NCBI GenBank assembly: GCA_964016885.1 | Contig: CAXHJY010001155.1 | Coordinates: 62,001-126,000 of the forward strand | Direction: 5' to 3' | DNA: 64,000 nucleotides | DNA from: Eledone cirrhosa | Lineage: Eukaryota | In this document: positions 12,973-26,362 of the stretch, piece after piece | How the letters are laid out: every line of letters begins with the position of its first letter | How positions within the stretch are numbered: the first letter of the stretch is position 1 | Made by a program: the position numbers and the translations under genes | The notes under the pieces: model-generated | What the model saw: the letters and a program-made list of their open reading frames with translations, nothing else | What the model was told of the DNA's origin: nothing | Database searches by the model: none

Positions 12973-13984
12973 CAGTACAGAGGTAACTAAGACAGCATAA
13001 ATGTGTATATCAATATACACATTGAGTATATGGATATGTAAACATGTCAAATTTACATATTTCCCTTAAATATGCTTAATTTGTTACCATTATTGGAGTA
13101 TTTACATAACTGAACACTAACAAGGAAATGCATACCAAAATATATCGATGTTGTTGTTCATCCTCAGAAACTGGGGCTAACTATGGAGTTGCATAATTGT
13201 TATTGCTTAGTCACTATATTAATAAACATATTTGTTTATTTTGCCCTTTGAAACAATCATAAATCACTGGATTAATTAACTACTAAACTTTGTATTATTT
13301 GTTTTCATTGTTCAACACATACATATATATATACATTTTTATGCATGCATGTATATGTGTGTGTATATATATATATATATAACCACACAGTGCCTTTGTC
13401 ACTTTTAATTCATATATATATATATATATATGTATATTATGTATATATGCATGTGATGTGTGGATATATATATATGTGTGTGTGTGTGCATATTTATGTA
13501 TATGGAAGAAAGTTTGAAGAAGTGTTTAACTTAAGGGTATGTTACTAAAATCCCTGGCCACACATCAAAAAAGAAAATATTATTAAATATTATTTGATGT
13601 TTCAAACATTACATGTTGCCAAACAATGTATCCCCTAGCCAGCCATAAAACCCCAATTATCGCCCCTTAATTAAATAGCTCTCTTACAGATCTTGCCCAA
13701 TTGATTTAATATCTTAAAATTGTGCTGATGGCAACAACAACAATAAATATACAAAAAACAAACAAAAAAACATCTAGACGACAACAACAACTCAACAACC
13801 AGACAACAACAACTAGTCAAGAACAGATTCATTATTTAATTAGTAATTCTTCTCAAGTAAAAACACTTTTTAATAATTTCCATTTCATTTCCTTGTTGAT
13901 TCTTTGTGAGAGAAGAAAAAAATTATTATATATTGGAGAAGGGATAAACAAATAAAGAAGACCAATTTGAAGCATATATATATA

Positions 13985-14510
13985 TCATCATCACCATTTT
14001 CTCCATGCTTGCATGGGTTGGATGGGTCCTTCCCAGCACAGTATATCTCCATTCCTCTTGGTCGTTCATCAACCTAGCTGCGAGATTCAGTGATTTAAGA
14101 TCAGCTCTGACAACCACCACCCATGTCTTCATTGGTCTCCCTTTACTGTAGCTTCCTTCAACTGGGATTTCTTCTCACTTCTTCACCCATATGCATCACA
14201 TGCATACCATCACAGTCTTCTCTACTGCACACTACATCTGATTCCTCTTATATCCAGCCTCTCTCTCAGCTCATCTCTGCTTTGCCTTTCACATATATTA
14301 ACATTGCACAACTATCGAAGCATATTTGCTATATTTCTCTCTAACCCTCGCATATCCTCCACATTCACCTCCCATGTATGCAACATCACACTTCATACAC
14401 AGGTATCATACAGCCGGCTTTCATAGAGAAACATCTTTTTGACCTTTTTCCATCTGTTCTTACTCTAGCTATTATGCTCTTGATACAGCCTAGAACTACC
14501 CAAGTCTGTG
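13985..14510 (-). mobile_element. Old decayed RTE LINE 3' fragment
   Basis: Minus peptides SIIARVRTDGK and KTWVVVVRADLKSLNLAARLMNDQEEWRYTVLGRT parallel the RTE C-terminus; (CAT)n tail at the left end. Confidence 0.7.
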
Positions 14511-14898
14511 TAAATCTATATATACAAAACTGATGTTGTCTGTGTGTCCTCATTTTTGCAAAGTCTATACAAATCCACATTTCTACTCCGATTGACTTCA
14601 AGCGTGCATTTATATATTCCTTGCTGTCTAAAGATATTAACTGCTGCTTTTTTTATGTTGTTAAATTTTCTGTTGTTAAAGGGTGTTAGGTGCTGGTTAT
14701 CCATCTCCGTCACGCTCTTATAATATCTGTCTGTATGCCTGGCTGTCTGCATAACATCATTCTGACGTATTATCTTCGCTACATTCACACACAGACACGT
14801 GTGCGCACACACACACATGTATATATATATACATATATACTTATATATACATATATATATATACATATATACACATATATATATACATATATATATAT

Positions 14899-15368
14899 AT
14901 CATCATCATCGACGTTTAACTTCCGTGTTCCACATTTGCATGGGTTTGGACGGGGGTATTTCCCACTTGAGGCAAGAGTGATTGTCTTGCTCGCATAGGA
15001 CTGTCTGGCGGGTTTTCTACAGCTGGATGCCCTTCCTAACACCAACCACATTTACAGTGTGGGGCTGGGAGGTTTTTACCGTGTTGCCTACACGGCGACA
15101 TTACAGCGTGGACTGTGTGTTTTTTGTCGTGACACCTACACAATCTCATTTGGTTCGGCCTGGATGTTGTGGCACCAACATAACTTTACATTGAAAGGGG
15201 CGGTGTGGATGGGGTGGGGGTGGTGCGACGGGGGTGTATTTTGTTAGAGATGCCTACTGATTGTAGTAGGTTTTACTTTGTATTTAGGTAAGGCGGGTCT
15301 TCTCTATTACTGAGTACCGCCAAAGGTCTCGGTCCAGTGTCATTGTCTTGGAGAGGTGTAAGTGTGTG
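14899..15368 (-). mobile_element. RTE family 2, 3' fragment (ORF end plus 3' UTR)
   Basis: [27 protein letters not shown] followed by a UTR nearly identical to 51382-51777. Confidence 0.9.
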
Positions 15369-15591
15369 TACATATATATATACATATATATATACATATA
15401 TATATATACATATATATATACATATATACATATATATATACATATATATATATACATATATATATATACATATATACATATATATATATATACATATATA
15501 TATACATATATATATACATATATATATACATATATATATATACATATATATACATATATATACACATATATATATATATATACATATATAT

Positions 15592-17640
15592 GTAGATGAA
15601 GCAGTCAAGGCCAAGAGACAGGCATGGAAAGAATGGAAGAACGGGGGGAGCAGGGTACATTACATAGAGACCAAGAGGGAAGCTAGGCGACAAGTATACT
15701 TAGCTAGGAGGGAAGCAGAGGATAGAAAATTCAAGCATGTTTTACAACGTGAGGACCAGAAACAGGAGGTATTCAAGATTGCGAGGCAGTGTGTCAGAGA
15801 TAGTTGTGATGTCATTGGAGAGAAGTGTATCCGGAATGATAAAGGTGAGCTTGCCCTCACAAGTGCTGAGAAGAAAGATGCATGGAAGAGTCATTATGAT
15901 AGATTACTAAATGAGGAGAATGCATGGGAAGAAGAGACCCTACCCCACGTAGACCCTATAGAGGGACCAGCAGTACAAGTCAGCGGCAGCGTAGTAAGTA
16001 AGGCAATCAGAGATATGAAGATAGGGAAGGCAACCGGTCCATCGGGTATAGCTGCCGAGATGCTGAAGGCATCTGGGTCTGTAGGTCACACTATAACCAC
16101 ACGTATCGTTAACCAGGTAATACTAGAGGGGGCCATACCAAAAGATTGGTGCAGTAGCACCATTGTCAACTGCTACAAAGGTAAAGGCGATGCACTAGAT
16201 AGAGGAAACTATAGAGGTATAAAGTTGATGGACCAGGTCATGAAAGTAACAGAAAGAGTTATAGCACAGCTGATTAGGGACCGGGTGAATATAGACGAGA
16301 TGCAATTTGGGTTTGTACCAGGGAAAGGCACCACTGATGCCCTCTTCCTTGTGAGGCAATTACAGGAAAAGTACCTAGCTAAAAGTAAGCCACTCTACTT
16401 GGCATTTGTCGACCTTGAGAAAGCCTTTGACAGAGTTCCACGTGCAGTAATCTGGTGGGCTCTTAGAAAACTAGGAGTAGATAAATGGCTTGTGAAAGCG
16501 GTACAAGCCATGTATAGGGGAGCAGTCAGCAAAGTTAGGATTGGCAATGAGTATAGCGAGGAATTTAGCGTACAGGTTGGGGTCCACCAGGGCTCTGTTC
16601 TTAGCCCTCTCCTGTTCATCATAGTCCTGCAGGCAATAACGGAGGAGTTTAAGACCGGATGCCCATGGGAACTCCTGTATGCTGATGACCTCGCACTCAT
16701 AGCTGAATCTATGGTAGAACTAGAGAATAAATTCCAAACCTGGAAGCAGGGACTAGAGAGAAAGGGCCTCAAAGTCAACATGACAAAGACTAAGGTCCTT
16801 ATAAGTAGACGAGAAAACAGAACCCAGATCCCCTCAGGGAAATGGCCTTGCTCAGTATGTAGGAAAGGTGTAGGTAGGAACTCCATTCTCTGCCCCAAAT
16901 GCAAACAATGGGTACACAAGAGATGTAGCGGGATCTCAGGAAGCTTAATTAAGAATGTAGGATTCACATGCAGCAGCTGTGCTGAAACAGCAAGCAAACA
17001 GCCACAGGAAACAAGTACCACCAATCTCTGGGAGGGCCCTGTAGAAACAGTAGACAGCTTCTGCTACCTAGGTGACCGAATTAGCAACGGAGGTGGGTGC
17101 TCAGAAAGTACAATAACTAGGGTAAGAACGGGATGGAAGAAGTTTAGGGAACTACTACCACTGCTAGCTGCAAAAGGCTTCTCCCTCAGAATGAAAGGCA
17201 GACTGTATGATGCGTGTATCCGAACAGCGATGTTGCATGGTAGTGAGACCTGGGCGCTGAAGGTGGAAGACTTACGTAGATTAGAGAGAAACGATGCCTG
17301 CATGCGCCGATGGATGTGTAACAGTAATATACGTGAACGACAAAGCATAAAGGAATTGAGAGAGAGACTGAGCATAAGAGGAATCAAATGCTGCGTGCAG
17401 GAGAGGCGGTTACGCTGGTATGGACATGTGATGCGTATGAAGGATGACAGCTGCATAAAAAGGTGCAGAGCACTAGAAGTTGATGGAAACCGCGGAGTGG
17501 GGAGACCCAAGATGACTTGGGATGAGGTGATAAAAGCCGACCTTACCCAACTACACCTCTCAAAGTCAATGACACACGACCGTGACTTCTGGCGTCACGC
17601 AGTAATACAGGGTACCCGACCTCCCATGGGTACATGCTGA
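15592..17640 (+). CDS. RTE reverse transcriptase (partial, no start codon) with PHD-like C4HC3 insert
   Basis: [46 protein letters not shown] and RRLRWYGHV motifs. The part of the ORF-track entry upstream of 15592 is microsatellite. Confidence 0.9.
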   Translation, partial: VDEAVKAKRQAWKEWKNGGSRVHYIETKREARRQVYLARREAEDRKFKHVLQREDQKQEVFKIARQCVRDSCDVIGEKCIRNDKGELALTSAEKKDAWKSHYDRLLNEENAWEEETLPHVDPIEGPAVQVSGSVVSKAIRDMKIGKATGPSGIAAEMLKASGSVGHTITTRIVNQVILEGAIPKDWCSSTIVNCYKGKGDALDRGNYRGIKLMDQVMKVTERVIAQLIRDRVNIDEMQFGFVPGKGTTDALFLVRQLQEKYLAKSKPLYLAFVDLEKAFDRVPRAVIWWALRKLGVDKWLVKAVQAMYRGAVSKVRIGNEYSEEFSVQVGVHQGSVLSPLLFIIVLQAITEEFKTGCPWELLYADDLALIAESMVELENKFQTWKQGLERKGLKVNMTKTKVLISRRENRTQIPSGKWPCSVCRKGVGRNSILCPKCKQWVHKRCSGISGSLIKNVGFTCSSCAETASKQPQETSTTNLWEGPVETVDSFCYLGDRISNGGGCSESTITRVRTGWKKFRELLPLLAAKGFSLRMKGRLYDACIRTAMLHGSETWALKVEDLRRLERNDACMRRWMCNSNIRERQSIKELRERLSIRGIKCCVQERRLRWYGHVMRMKDDSCIKRCRALEVDGNRGVGRPKMTWDEVIKADLTQLHLSKSMTHDRDFWRHAVIQGTRPPMGTC

Positions 17641-17939
17641 AGCATATAAACAATATGCCCCACCCCCCACCGCAAGGTGGGCGTGGAGGTGCCACGGCAA
17701 AAAAGCACCCAGCCCACACTGTAAAGTGGACGTGTAGGCGCCACGAAAAAGCACCCAGCACTCACTGTAAATGAGGTTGGTGTTAGGAAGGGCATCCAGC
17801 TGTAGAAATCAAGCCAGATCAGTTCCTGTATGAGCAAGGCATGGTCAGCCGACCAGACACTGCCCACAACAGGACAACCCGTCTAACCCATGCTAGCGTG
17901 GAAGAACGGACGTAAAACGGTGATGATGATGATGATGAT
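15592..17939 (+). mobile_element. RTE-clade LINE family 1, 5'-truncated, with (GAT)n tail
   Basis: Uninterrupted RT ORF to 17640, then a 3' UTR with a repeated AAAAAGCACCCAGC module; both ends abut (TA)n. Confidence 0.95.
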
Positions 17940-18063
17940 ATACATATATATATACATATATATATACATATATATACATATATATACATATATATATATA
18001 CATATATATATACATATATATATACATATATATATACATATATATATATACATACATATATAC

Positions 18064-18094
<31 letters not shown>

Positions 18095-18187
18095 AATACA
18101 TATACAAACACATATACACATATATACATATATAAATATGCACATAAAAATAGTTGTATATACACACACACACACACACACATATAC

Positions 18188-18524
18188 CATCATCATCATC
18201 ATCATCATTTTACGTCTGCTTTTCCCTGCTTGCAAGGGTGGGACGGGAACTGATTCTGGCTTGATTTCTACAGATGGATGCCCTTCCTAACACCAACCTC
18301 ATTTACAGTGAGTGCTGGGTGCTTTTTTTCCGTGGCACCTCCACGACCACTTTAGAGTGGAATGATAGGGACCCCAGTCCCTATCATCTCATTTCTACAG
18401 CTGAGTAAACTGGAGCAATGCGAAATAAAGTGTCTTGCTCAAGGAAACAACACATCACCCGGTCTGAGAATTGAACTTACCTTTCGATTGCAAGTCCAAT
18501 GCTCTGACCACTAAGCCATGTGCC
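18188..18524 (-). mobile_element. CORE-type SINE family B
   Basis: Reverse-complement match to 11443-11770 with a (CAT)n tail. Confidence 0.85.
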
Positions 18525-18610
18525 TTATATACATACATACATACACATATATATATATATATATATATATGCATACATACACACACACACATATATATAT
18601 ATATGTATCG

Positions 18611-18659
<49 letters not shown>

Positions 18660-18927
18660 CACGGATCATTGATGGTCGCTTTAATCCGTCTTTTATTATT
18701 CAAAAAACTTCTTGCCAATAAACATTAACCCTTTGTGCGCCATTCTTCTAACTGTAGACCAATGAATACCAAGTAAACAGAGCGTTGACAAGAACGATGG
18801 CAAATGAATCTTCGAGGTAAGCAGTTTCCTCCCGAGCTGTTAGTTCACGCGGGATTCTCTGCTACACCTTTTCGTAATAATACCGAACAATGTACTGCCA
18901 AAAACCGTACAAAGCATCTCTCTCTCT

Positions 18928-18976
<49 letters not shown>

Positions 18977-18981
<5 letters not shown>

Positions 18982-19515
18982 AACTTTGGGAGGGTCATGT
19001 TGCCAATAAGAAACACATGCACTAGTTGCTTTCACTCCAATTTATAATCAATTAAAAAATGTTGTTTTTTTTAAATTATAAATTTATTAATTTCCGGTTG
19101 GTTGGATGGTTCCACAATCGGAGGGTTGTTCATATATTGTCAAAGTTCTTTCGTCACACATTCTGTGACCTCTTCAGTGACTGGGGATTCTTTTCTTTGT
19201 TTTGTGCCTCTCCTTTGTTCTGTCCTACGCCATCTTGTTTTTGTGTGCTTAGTTTGCGCATGTGTTACATCCAGGTGTCTGTGTGTGTTTTTATTTGTTT
19301 ATTTATTTGTTTATTTACATGTTACTGGTTGGTTGGTTGTTCTATGTGTTTTCAATTTGTCCTTAATTGTAAGTTGTGATGTTGCTATTCCATTCATGTT
19401 TTCTATTTAATTTTGTGAAAGCAACTGGTGCGTGTGTTTCTTATTGGCAACATGACCCTCCCAAAGTATAACAATATCGGTTTCAACGCACGTTTTCAGA
19501 TAAAGAATCTTGCTA
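18977..19515 (-). mobile_element. PLE pseudo-LTR insertion: long minus arm (18977-19412) plus short inverted plus arm with extra tail (19413-19515)
   Basis: Minus arm starts with LNRKHEWN (compare LNRKNEWN at the end of the 40855 ORF), contains an HHR and ends CATGACCCTCCCAAAGT; the same terminus is inverted in the second arm. Confidence 0.8.
19139..19181 (-). ncRNA. Minimal type I hammerhead ribozyme
   Basis: GUCA-CUGAAGA-G-GUCACA gaaug UGUGAC-GAAA-GAACU-U-UGAC: intact core, 6-bp stem II, 4-bp stem I, minimal stem III. Confidence 0.8.
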
Positions 19516-19531
19516 AACAAATTCAGAAACG

Positions 19532-19567
<36 letters not shown>

Positions 19568-19974
19568 GTTATAAGAACAGATTAAAGTTTAAGCAAAGAA
19601 TCGCTGCTTTCAACATTAACGGGATCTTCTGAAACTAAAAAATTTAATCTGTGAATGTAGAAGTAAATATTTCGAGAAACGTTGCAACAGAAGGAGAACA
19701 GGAAGACGATATTTTGGTTCGTGAAGACGTTCCCTGGCAATGAACGGAAAAAAAGCGAGGCTAATACGTCGTTATGTGGAGTGGGAAGAACAATTTCATG
19801 CAAAGACAAGACCAAGTTTATGGTATAAATGGAGTCATTAGACTAATATTCTATTTAAAATAACAGAATGATTTCCAGCCCCGGAGTTTAAGAATGATGT
19901 AAATAAAATTGAAAACGAAAATGATAGAGGTTATTAAAATAGTAAAAGTAAATAGTGAAGATTTAGGCCAGTAC

Positions 19975-20480
19975 ATAAGTATTCCCCGACAGGCATACAC
20001 ATACATATGCACACACAAATACATACACACTCACAAACACGCGTATGTATAAATTGTATGCATTTCTACAGTATTTTCACCAAACTTAAGACATAGGTTT
20101 CTTATGTACTTCGGATGGTCATGGGCACTTTCATTTTTCCAGATATTGATTATAGGGCCTCCCGGCAGATAACCCCCTTTAACCACTTCCTTGGAGTTGA
20201 CTGAAGCACTGCAGTGCAATGCAACAAAACGTTATAACTTATGGAGTTCACAACCAATTTTCACAAAACTTGACACATAGACTACGTTTGTCCTACAGAT
20301 GAATGTGAACTTTCAGAATTGGCACATATTGAGTAGGGGACCCCTGGGGGCAGGAACCCCCTTTTGGAAAAAGCTGATGATTTTGTAAAAGTATAGTTTT
20401 CGAAGCAGCACTGAAATATTGACATAAATGGTATACACAACTGCTATTTAATACCCGAGCAATAATACATTTTTAGTATA
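19975..20480. mobile_element. Possible non-autonomous Helitron/Helentron-like (DINE-like) element
   Basis: Internal subrepeat TTTTCAC(C/A)AAACTT..ACATAG twice, CA microsatellite near one end and CCCGAGCAA near the other; recognised by pattern only. Confidence 0.35.
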
Positions 20481-21120
20481 TAGACATTTAAACATGTCAA
20501 ATATGTGTCTTTCCAAGTAAACTAAAGATATGAATAACACTTTAACTGGTCGTATCCGGCCAGAATCTATCATCTCTTTCTGTTCAAACTGGCTGTAACT
20601 GACCACTCCTACTTATGTTAAGGTATTGTTAAGGTCTAACCCATGCTAGGAGGAAGATGGACGTTAAACGAAGATGATGATGATTGTTCTCAAAATAAAT
20701 AACATCATATTATGTGAGGTAAATCCTTTACTGTGAAAATATAATAGTATATATAGAGTAATATAAATGCTAAAGGGTTTAGTAGTTTTCAAGCCTAGTT
20801 GGGCTTCCATCAGAAAGCATATCTATCATCTAAACAACTTGTATATGTCTTGCTTATACAGTTTCATGTGGTACAGGACATTAAAAGCTTAAATTACATG
20901 ATCTCATTTTAACCAGGTTTTATGATACAAAACTAGTTGTTTTAAAGTATTTGTATTTAAACTTCTCATCCTAATTTATTCTATGAAAATTTTAAGTATC
21001 CAATACAAACTTATTCAGTAACTCTGAATAAGAATAACTTGGGCTGTGATAGATTTATCCATTTATGCTTGCATGGAAATCAGAATGTAAAATAACAATG
21101 ATTATTATTACTATTATCCA

Positions 21121-21320
21121 GGGCGGTGAATTGGCAGTATCGGTAAAGGGTCGGACACCATGCTTTGACGCATAGAGTTACGGCCCTTGCCATTCTGAGT
21201 TCAAATCCCGCCGAGGTTAACTTTGCCTTTCATCCTTACGGGGTCGATAAAATAAAGTACCAGTAATGTACTGGATAATTGCTGGCCTTGTGCCAATAGT
21301 AGAAACAATTATTATTACTA
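21121..21320 (+). mobile_element. tRNA-derived SINE family A, full length
   Basis: A-box TGGCAGTATCGG, B-box GAGTTCAAATCCC, conserved body and (ATT)n tail. Confidence 0.9.
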
Positions 21321-21608
21321 TTATTTTAATGATAACAGCAATGAGGATCATGATGATGATGATGGGAGATATACAGACCCACACACCTGGCTAAGAGTGG
21401 CCTTGAGATTTGTGACAATTGAAATTATCCCAACAGCTGATATTCACAGCCAGTACACAAGATATCATTAAAAGAAACCACACACAACAACAAGGTTGAG
21501 TTCACCCATTCATACTTCCTAAGCATAATAAAGTGCCCATTATATGCTATTACTACATTACTGCACACAGTATATATATATGTGTATATATATATATATA
21601 TACATATT

Positions 21609-21672
<64 letters not shown>

Positions 21673-22169
21673 CACATTATATACACGGTTATTAAGTAAC
21701 AGAATATTGACTTACTCCAACACCTCTATCACCACCACCAATCCACTACCACCACCACCAGTCGGTCAAGCAGTACATCAAGTAAATTACATGTATAGAT
21801 TTTATATCATCAACATTGTGTGCATCAATGCATTATGAATATCATCATCATCATCAACTATATGAGCTTCTCTGTGTGTATTAGCATTGTGTCCTACTGG
21901 TTAGAAATTTAAGCTAAGAATAATAGTTTTCAATGTTTACACAAGGCCTGCAATTTTGCGAGGAAGAGAAGGTTAATTAAATTGACCCAGGTGCTTCAGA
22001 GGTACTTTATTTTATTACCTCCAGAAGGAAGAAAGACAAAGTTGACCTTGGCAAGAAAGCAAAGAACTGGAACAAATATTGTTCAGCATTTTTCTGATAC
22101 CCTAATGCTCTACCAATCCCCACCTCATTTTGAACTCAGAATAAGATTGAGTCGGATGCCAAGGACAAT

Positions 22170-23616
22170 AGAATGAAGCCTGTACATTGTATAAACTGGT
22201 AGTGCTGGTGCCACAATAGAATGCACCCTGTATTTGTGTAAACTGGTAGTGTTGGTGCCATAATAAAATGCACTCAGTACATTGTATAAACTGGTAGTGA
22301 TGGTGCCACAATAAAATGCACACAGGACATTGTGTAAACTGGTAGTGCTAGTGCCATGATAAAATGCACTCAGAACATTGTGTAAACTGGTAGTGATGGT
22401 GCCACAATAAAATGCACTCAGAACATTGTGTAAACTGGTAGTGATGGTGCCACAATAAAATGCACTCAGAACATTGTGTAAACTGGTAGTGATGGTGCCA
22501 TAATAAAATGCACTCAGAGCATTGTGTAAACTGGTAGTGCTGGTGCCACAATAAAATTCACTCAGAACATTGTATAAACTGGTAGTGATGGTGCCACAAT
22601 AAAATGCACACAGGACATTGTGTAAACTGGTAGTGTTAGTGCCATGATAAAATGCACTCAGAACATTGTATAAACTGGTAGTGCTGGTGCCACAATAAAA
22701 TGCACTCAGTACATTGTATAAACTGGTATTGCTGGTGCCACAATAAAATACACTCAGTACATTGTATAAACTGGTAGTGCTGGTGCCATAATAAAATGCA
22801 CACAGAACATTGTATAAACTGGTAGTGCTGGTGCCATAATAAAATGCACTCAGAACATTGTGTAAACTGGTAGTGCTGGTGCCACAATAAAATTCACTCA
22901 GAACATTGTATAAACTGGTAGTGCTGGTGCCACAATAAAATGCACTCAGAACATTGTGTAAACTGGTAGTGCTGGTGCCACAATAAAATGCACTCAGAAC
23001 ATTGTATAAACTGGTAGTGCTGGTGCCACAATAAAATGCACTCAGTACATTGTGTAAACTGGTATTGCTGGTTCCACTATAAAATGCACTCAGAACATTG
23101 TGTAAACTGGTAGTGCTGGTGCCACAATAAAATGCACACAAGACATTGTGTAAACTGGTAGTGCTGGTGCCACAATAAAATGCACACAGGACATTGTGTA
23201 AACTGGTAGTGCTGGTGCCATAATAAAATTCACTCAGAACATTGTGTAAACTGATAGTGCTGGTGCCATAATAAAATGCACTCAGTACATTGTGTAAACT
23301 GGTAGTGATGGTGCCATAATAAAATGCACTCAGTACATTGTGTAAACTGGTAGTGATGGTGCCACAATAAAATGCACACAAGACATTGTGTAAACTGGTA
23401 GTGCTGGTGCCACAATAAAATGCACACAGGACATTGTGTAAACTGGTAGTGCTGGTGCCATAATAAAATTCACTCAGAACATTGTGTAAACTGATAGTGC
23501 TGGTGCCATAATAAAATGCACTCAGTACATTGTGTAAACTGGTAGTGATGGTGCCATAATAAAATGCACTCAGTACATTGTGTAAACTGGTAGTGCTGGT
23601 GCCATAATAAAATGCA
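22170..23616 (+). repeat. 48-bp minisatellite, about 30 units, with a 240-bp higher-order duplication
   Basis: Unit AAACTGGTAGTGCTGGTGCCACAATAAAATGCACTCAGAACATTGTGT; 23101-23340 is nearly identical to 23341-23580. Confidence 0.97.
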
Positions 23617-23777
23617 CCAATTACACTCTGTAAAGTGTTTGGAATTAGGAAGGGTATGTAACTATAGAAACCATGCCAAATAAGGAATCTATGGAAAAGA
23701 TGTGGTTCCCCAACCAGTCCAGTCTTGGACCATAACAACTTGTCCAACCCATGCCAACATGGAAAGTAGCACATAAC

Positions 23778-23808
<31 letters not shown>
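23617..23808 (+). mobile_element. RTE/SINE-type 3' tail continuous with the minisatellite
   Basis: CACTCTGTAAAGTG..TTAGGAAGGG..TAGAAACC..AACCCATGCCAACATGGAAA..(GAT)n. Confidence 0.75.
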
Positions 23809-25299
23809 CACATTAAAAGTCACTTGCCCAGTGACAATATAATTTGAACATGAAGCAATATTGTTTGCTGAGAATCCAGCTTGTTAAGCACCGAGTCAGC
23901 CATGTGTATTAATAGAGTTCGGTTGTCAATGAAAACAGTGGATGAGAGTGATGAGAAATCAATAATATTGTGATCAGTTCCATTGATTACATATTGGCCA
24001 TTTGAGCAGTCTCTTTATTGTGCATTATTAGGGAGTGGGGGTCGAGGAGATCTTAATCATACAGGAATAGACAAATAATTTGGACTGGGTTATTGTTCCT
24101 ACTACTCACAATGGATTATCATCATAGCGATGATGATGGTAATGATGGAGGTGATGATGATAATGATGGGGATGACAATGATGATTTAGACCAGCAGAGA
24201 ATGTGTTTACTTGAGAGGACTTTGTAACAGAAAAGTATTTAAAGAAATGTGGCAATGATGATTAGTGTGTTACCTAACATATGACAGGTAATCTTGAGAG
24301 TATATATTTGCATCGGTAAACAACAGTAAGTAAATAAATATAGAAATATAAGTAATTAAATGAAAAATGAATTAAAATAAATATAGGTATTTATGTGTTT
24401 ATATGTGCGTACTTCAGTATAGCGTTCTCTACCTCTCTCATTCACTAATTACCCACCACTTCACTCAGTATGTATACTCCTCTTTCAATCCCTGTGTTAA
24501 TTCTCATTTATTTTCTCTTCCACTTCCTATATGCTGTCAAACATAACATCAGACTATCCATCCAACACACTCTAGTTATACATGCCTGTAAGTCATGCTT
24601 GCTCAAGTTACTAAACATATTTTCTATATGATCACATATTTCAGTTAGTGAAGTCAGCCTATTATTATCGATCTGAATAACCAATACAATGGTGAAAGCA
24701 TTTACAATTTACCCTTTCATAATCCTATTTCTAATGAAAAACTGTATTTGAATTAATCAAAGAATTGTGAGGGTTTTAGTACAGTTTATAGTTGTTTCAT
24801 TATTAACATATACTTGTAATAAAAGGTCCTTATGTCAAATTATCTTAGAAACATTTAAATTAACAACGAACCCTTTAAAACAAGTGGTTTTAGGAAGGCT
24901 GGTAAAAAGTGGTAAACAGCTTAAATTTTGAATTTTATTCAGCAGGACTGTCAATTCTTATTTAAAGAATCTTAAAGAACATCTTAACTTTTTAATATCA
25001 TCACTGTATCAAGAATTTCCCTTTATTTTAAATTTTAATATATACATCATCATTTTTTATATTGACTTTTCCATGCTGGCATGGGCTGGATGAAACTTTT
25101 TGAGGCAGTGTATTATAGCTAGATGCACTTCCTGAAACAAAATCTTTTCATTGCTTCTTATGACACACAGAGATATGGTGTACCTATTCTAAACTGGATA
25201 CACATGGTTTGGATATATACACACACATACACACTTCCCTTGCTGGCGTGGATTGATTCAATGTTTGACAGTCAGATGCCCTTCCTGACACATATATAT

Positions 25300-25755
25300 A
25301 TAAATAAAAGCGATGCTAAAAGCTTTTTCCCCTGAATAAAGGAATTTTTCGAGAATGGCCGGGGCAGGCCGCACTTGCTAAGTTTCTCCCCACCCAACCC
25401 TACTCACCGTCTCAACTCATTACTGCTATGAACACTTTTTCAACACACCTACACTCATGCACTTATTAAAGGGGGAGAAAAGAAACCCCTACCACACCAC
25501 AGACATGTTAAATCCCTATATATAGAACAACACACCACATACACATCAGTTTGACAAGCGCACCTCAGCGTGAAAGGTCTTTCTAAAAACGAAACAATAC
25601 TTCCTACGTTAACCAAGAACTCCTAAGACAACAACCAACAACTTAATTTATAAAATAATTTTTTTTAAGAAAAATTCTTTTTGGATTTTGTGAAGAACAT
25701 AAATTTGTTGAAAGCACAAGTGAAGCCATTTTTTCTTCCCTCCTGTCTTAATATA
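25300..25755 (+). mobile_element. PLE 3'/pseudo-LTR fragment related to the 34.4-35.9 kb element
   Basis: 25630-25755 matches the reverse complement of 34422-34580 (AAATTTGTTGAAAGCACAAGTGAAGCCA). Confidence 0.65.
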
Positions 25756-25903
25756 TATATATATACATACAAACATAAATATATATATATATAATTTCTG
25801 TACAAGCAAGACATGGTCACCTGACCTAGCATTGCCCACAACAGGGAAACTCGTCTAACCCATGCTAGCTTGGAAGAATCGACGTAAAACAGTGATGATG
25901 ATG

Positions 25904-25934
<31 letters not shown>

Positions 25935-26362
25935 CCTTTGTATATCTGTACACACATATTTCATAATTGACTAAATATATTTTTCATGTCAATTTGTTAA
26001 ATAATGTATTATCACTATAATAATATATATCTGTACCTGTATGGATGCATGTAAGTGCTAAATTTTATCATACTGCTTTTAAAACTGCTTCTGTTTATGC
26101 CTTGTGGTTGCTTTTAAAGGTACTCACTTTTAGCATGATGTTACATTTTTTTATATGATATGAGTCTAATCTGTAATATGAAATTACTTTTTGCATGTTT
26201 TATATTGTTGCTTGTAGCAATATTTGTATTCCTGAAGATATGTAGACTGGCAGACTAATGCCCAATGTATATTGAGGTATGGCCCGCTGTTATAACACAT
26301 TTTACTCTATGTACATTCAATGTATAAGTTTAAATTGGTTATTCCCTCTCAATTTATTATAT

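Noticed and set aside
18660-18930. Possible HHR (UCCCG/CGGGA stem before GAAAC on the minus strand); similar hints at 10845-11060, 11200-11270, 26230-26290 and 56200-56260
   Set aside because: CUGANGA core or cleavage triplet is missing; cannot be distinguished from chance without a family consensus.
22170-23616. CRISPR-like regular array
   Set aside because: No unique spacers; whole 48-bp units repeat; no cas genes; eukaryotic retroelement context.
22125-23813. 562-aa ORF as a host protein gene
   Set aside because: The start and poly-His come from an antisense (GAT)n retro-tail and the body from a stop-free 48-bp repeat; no independent coding evidence.
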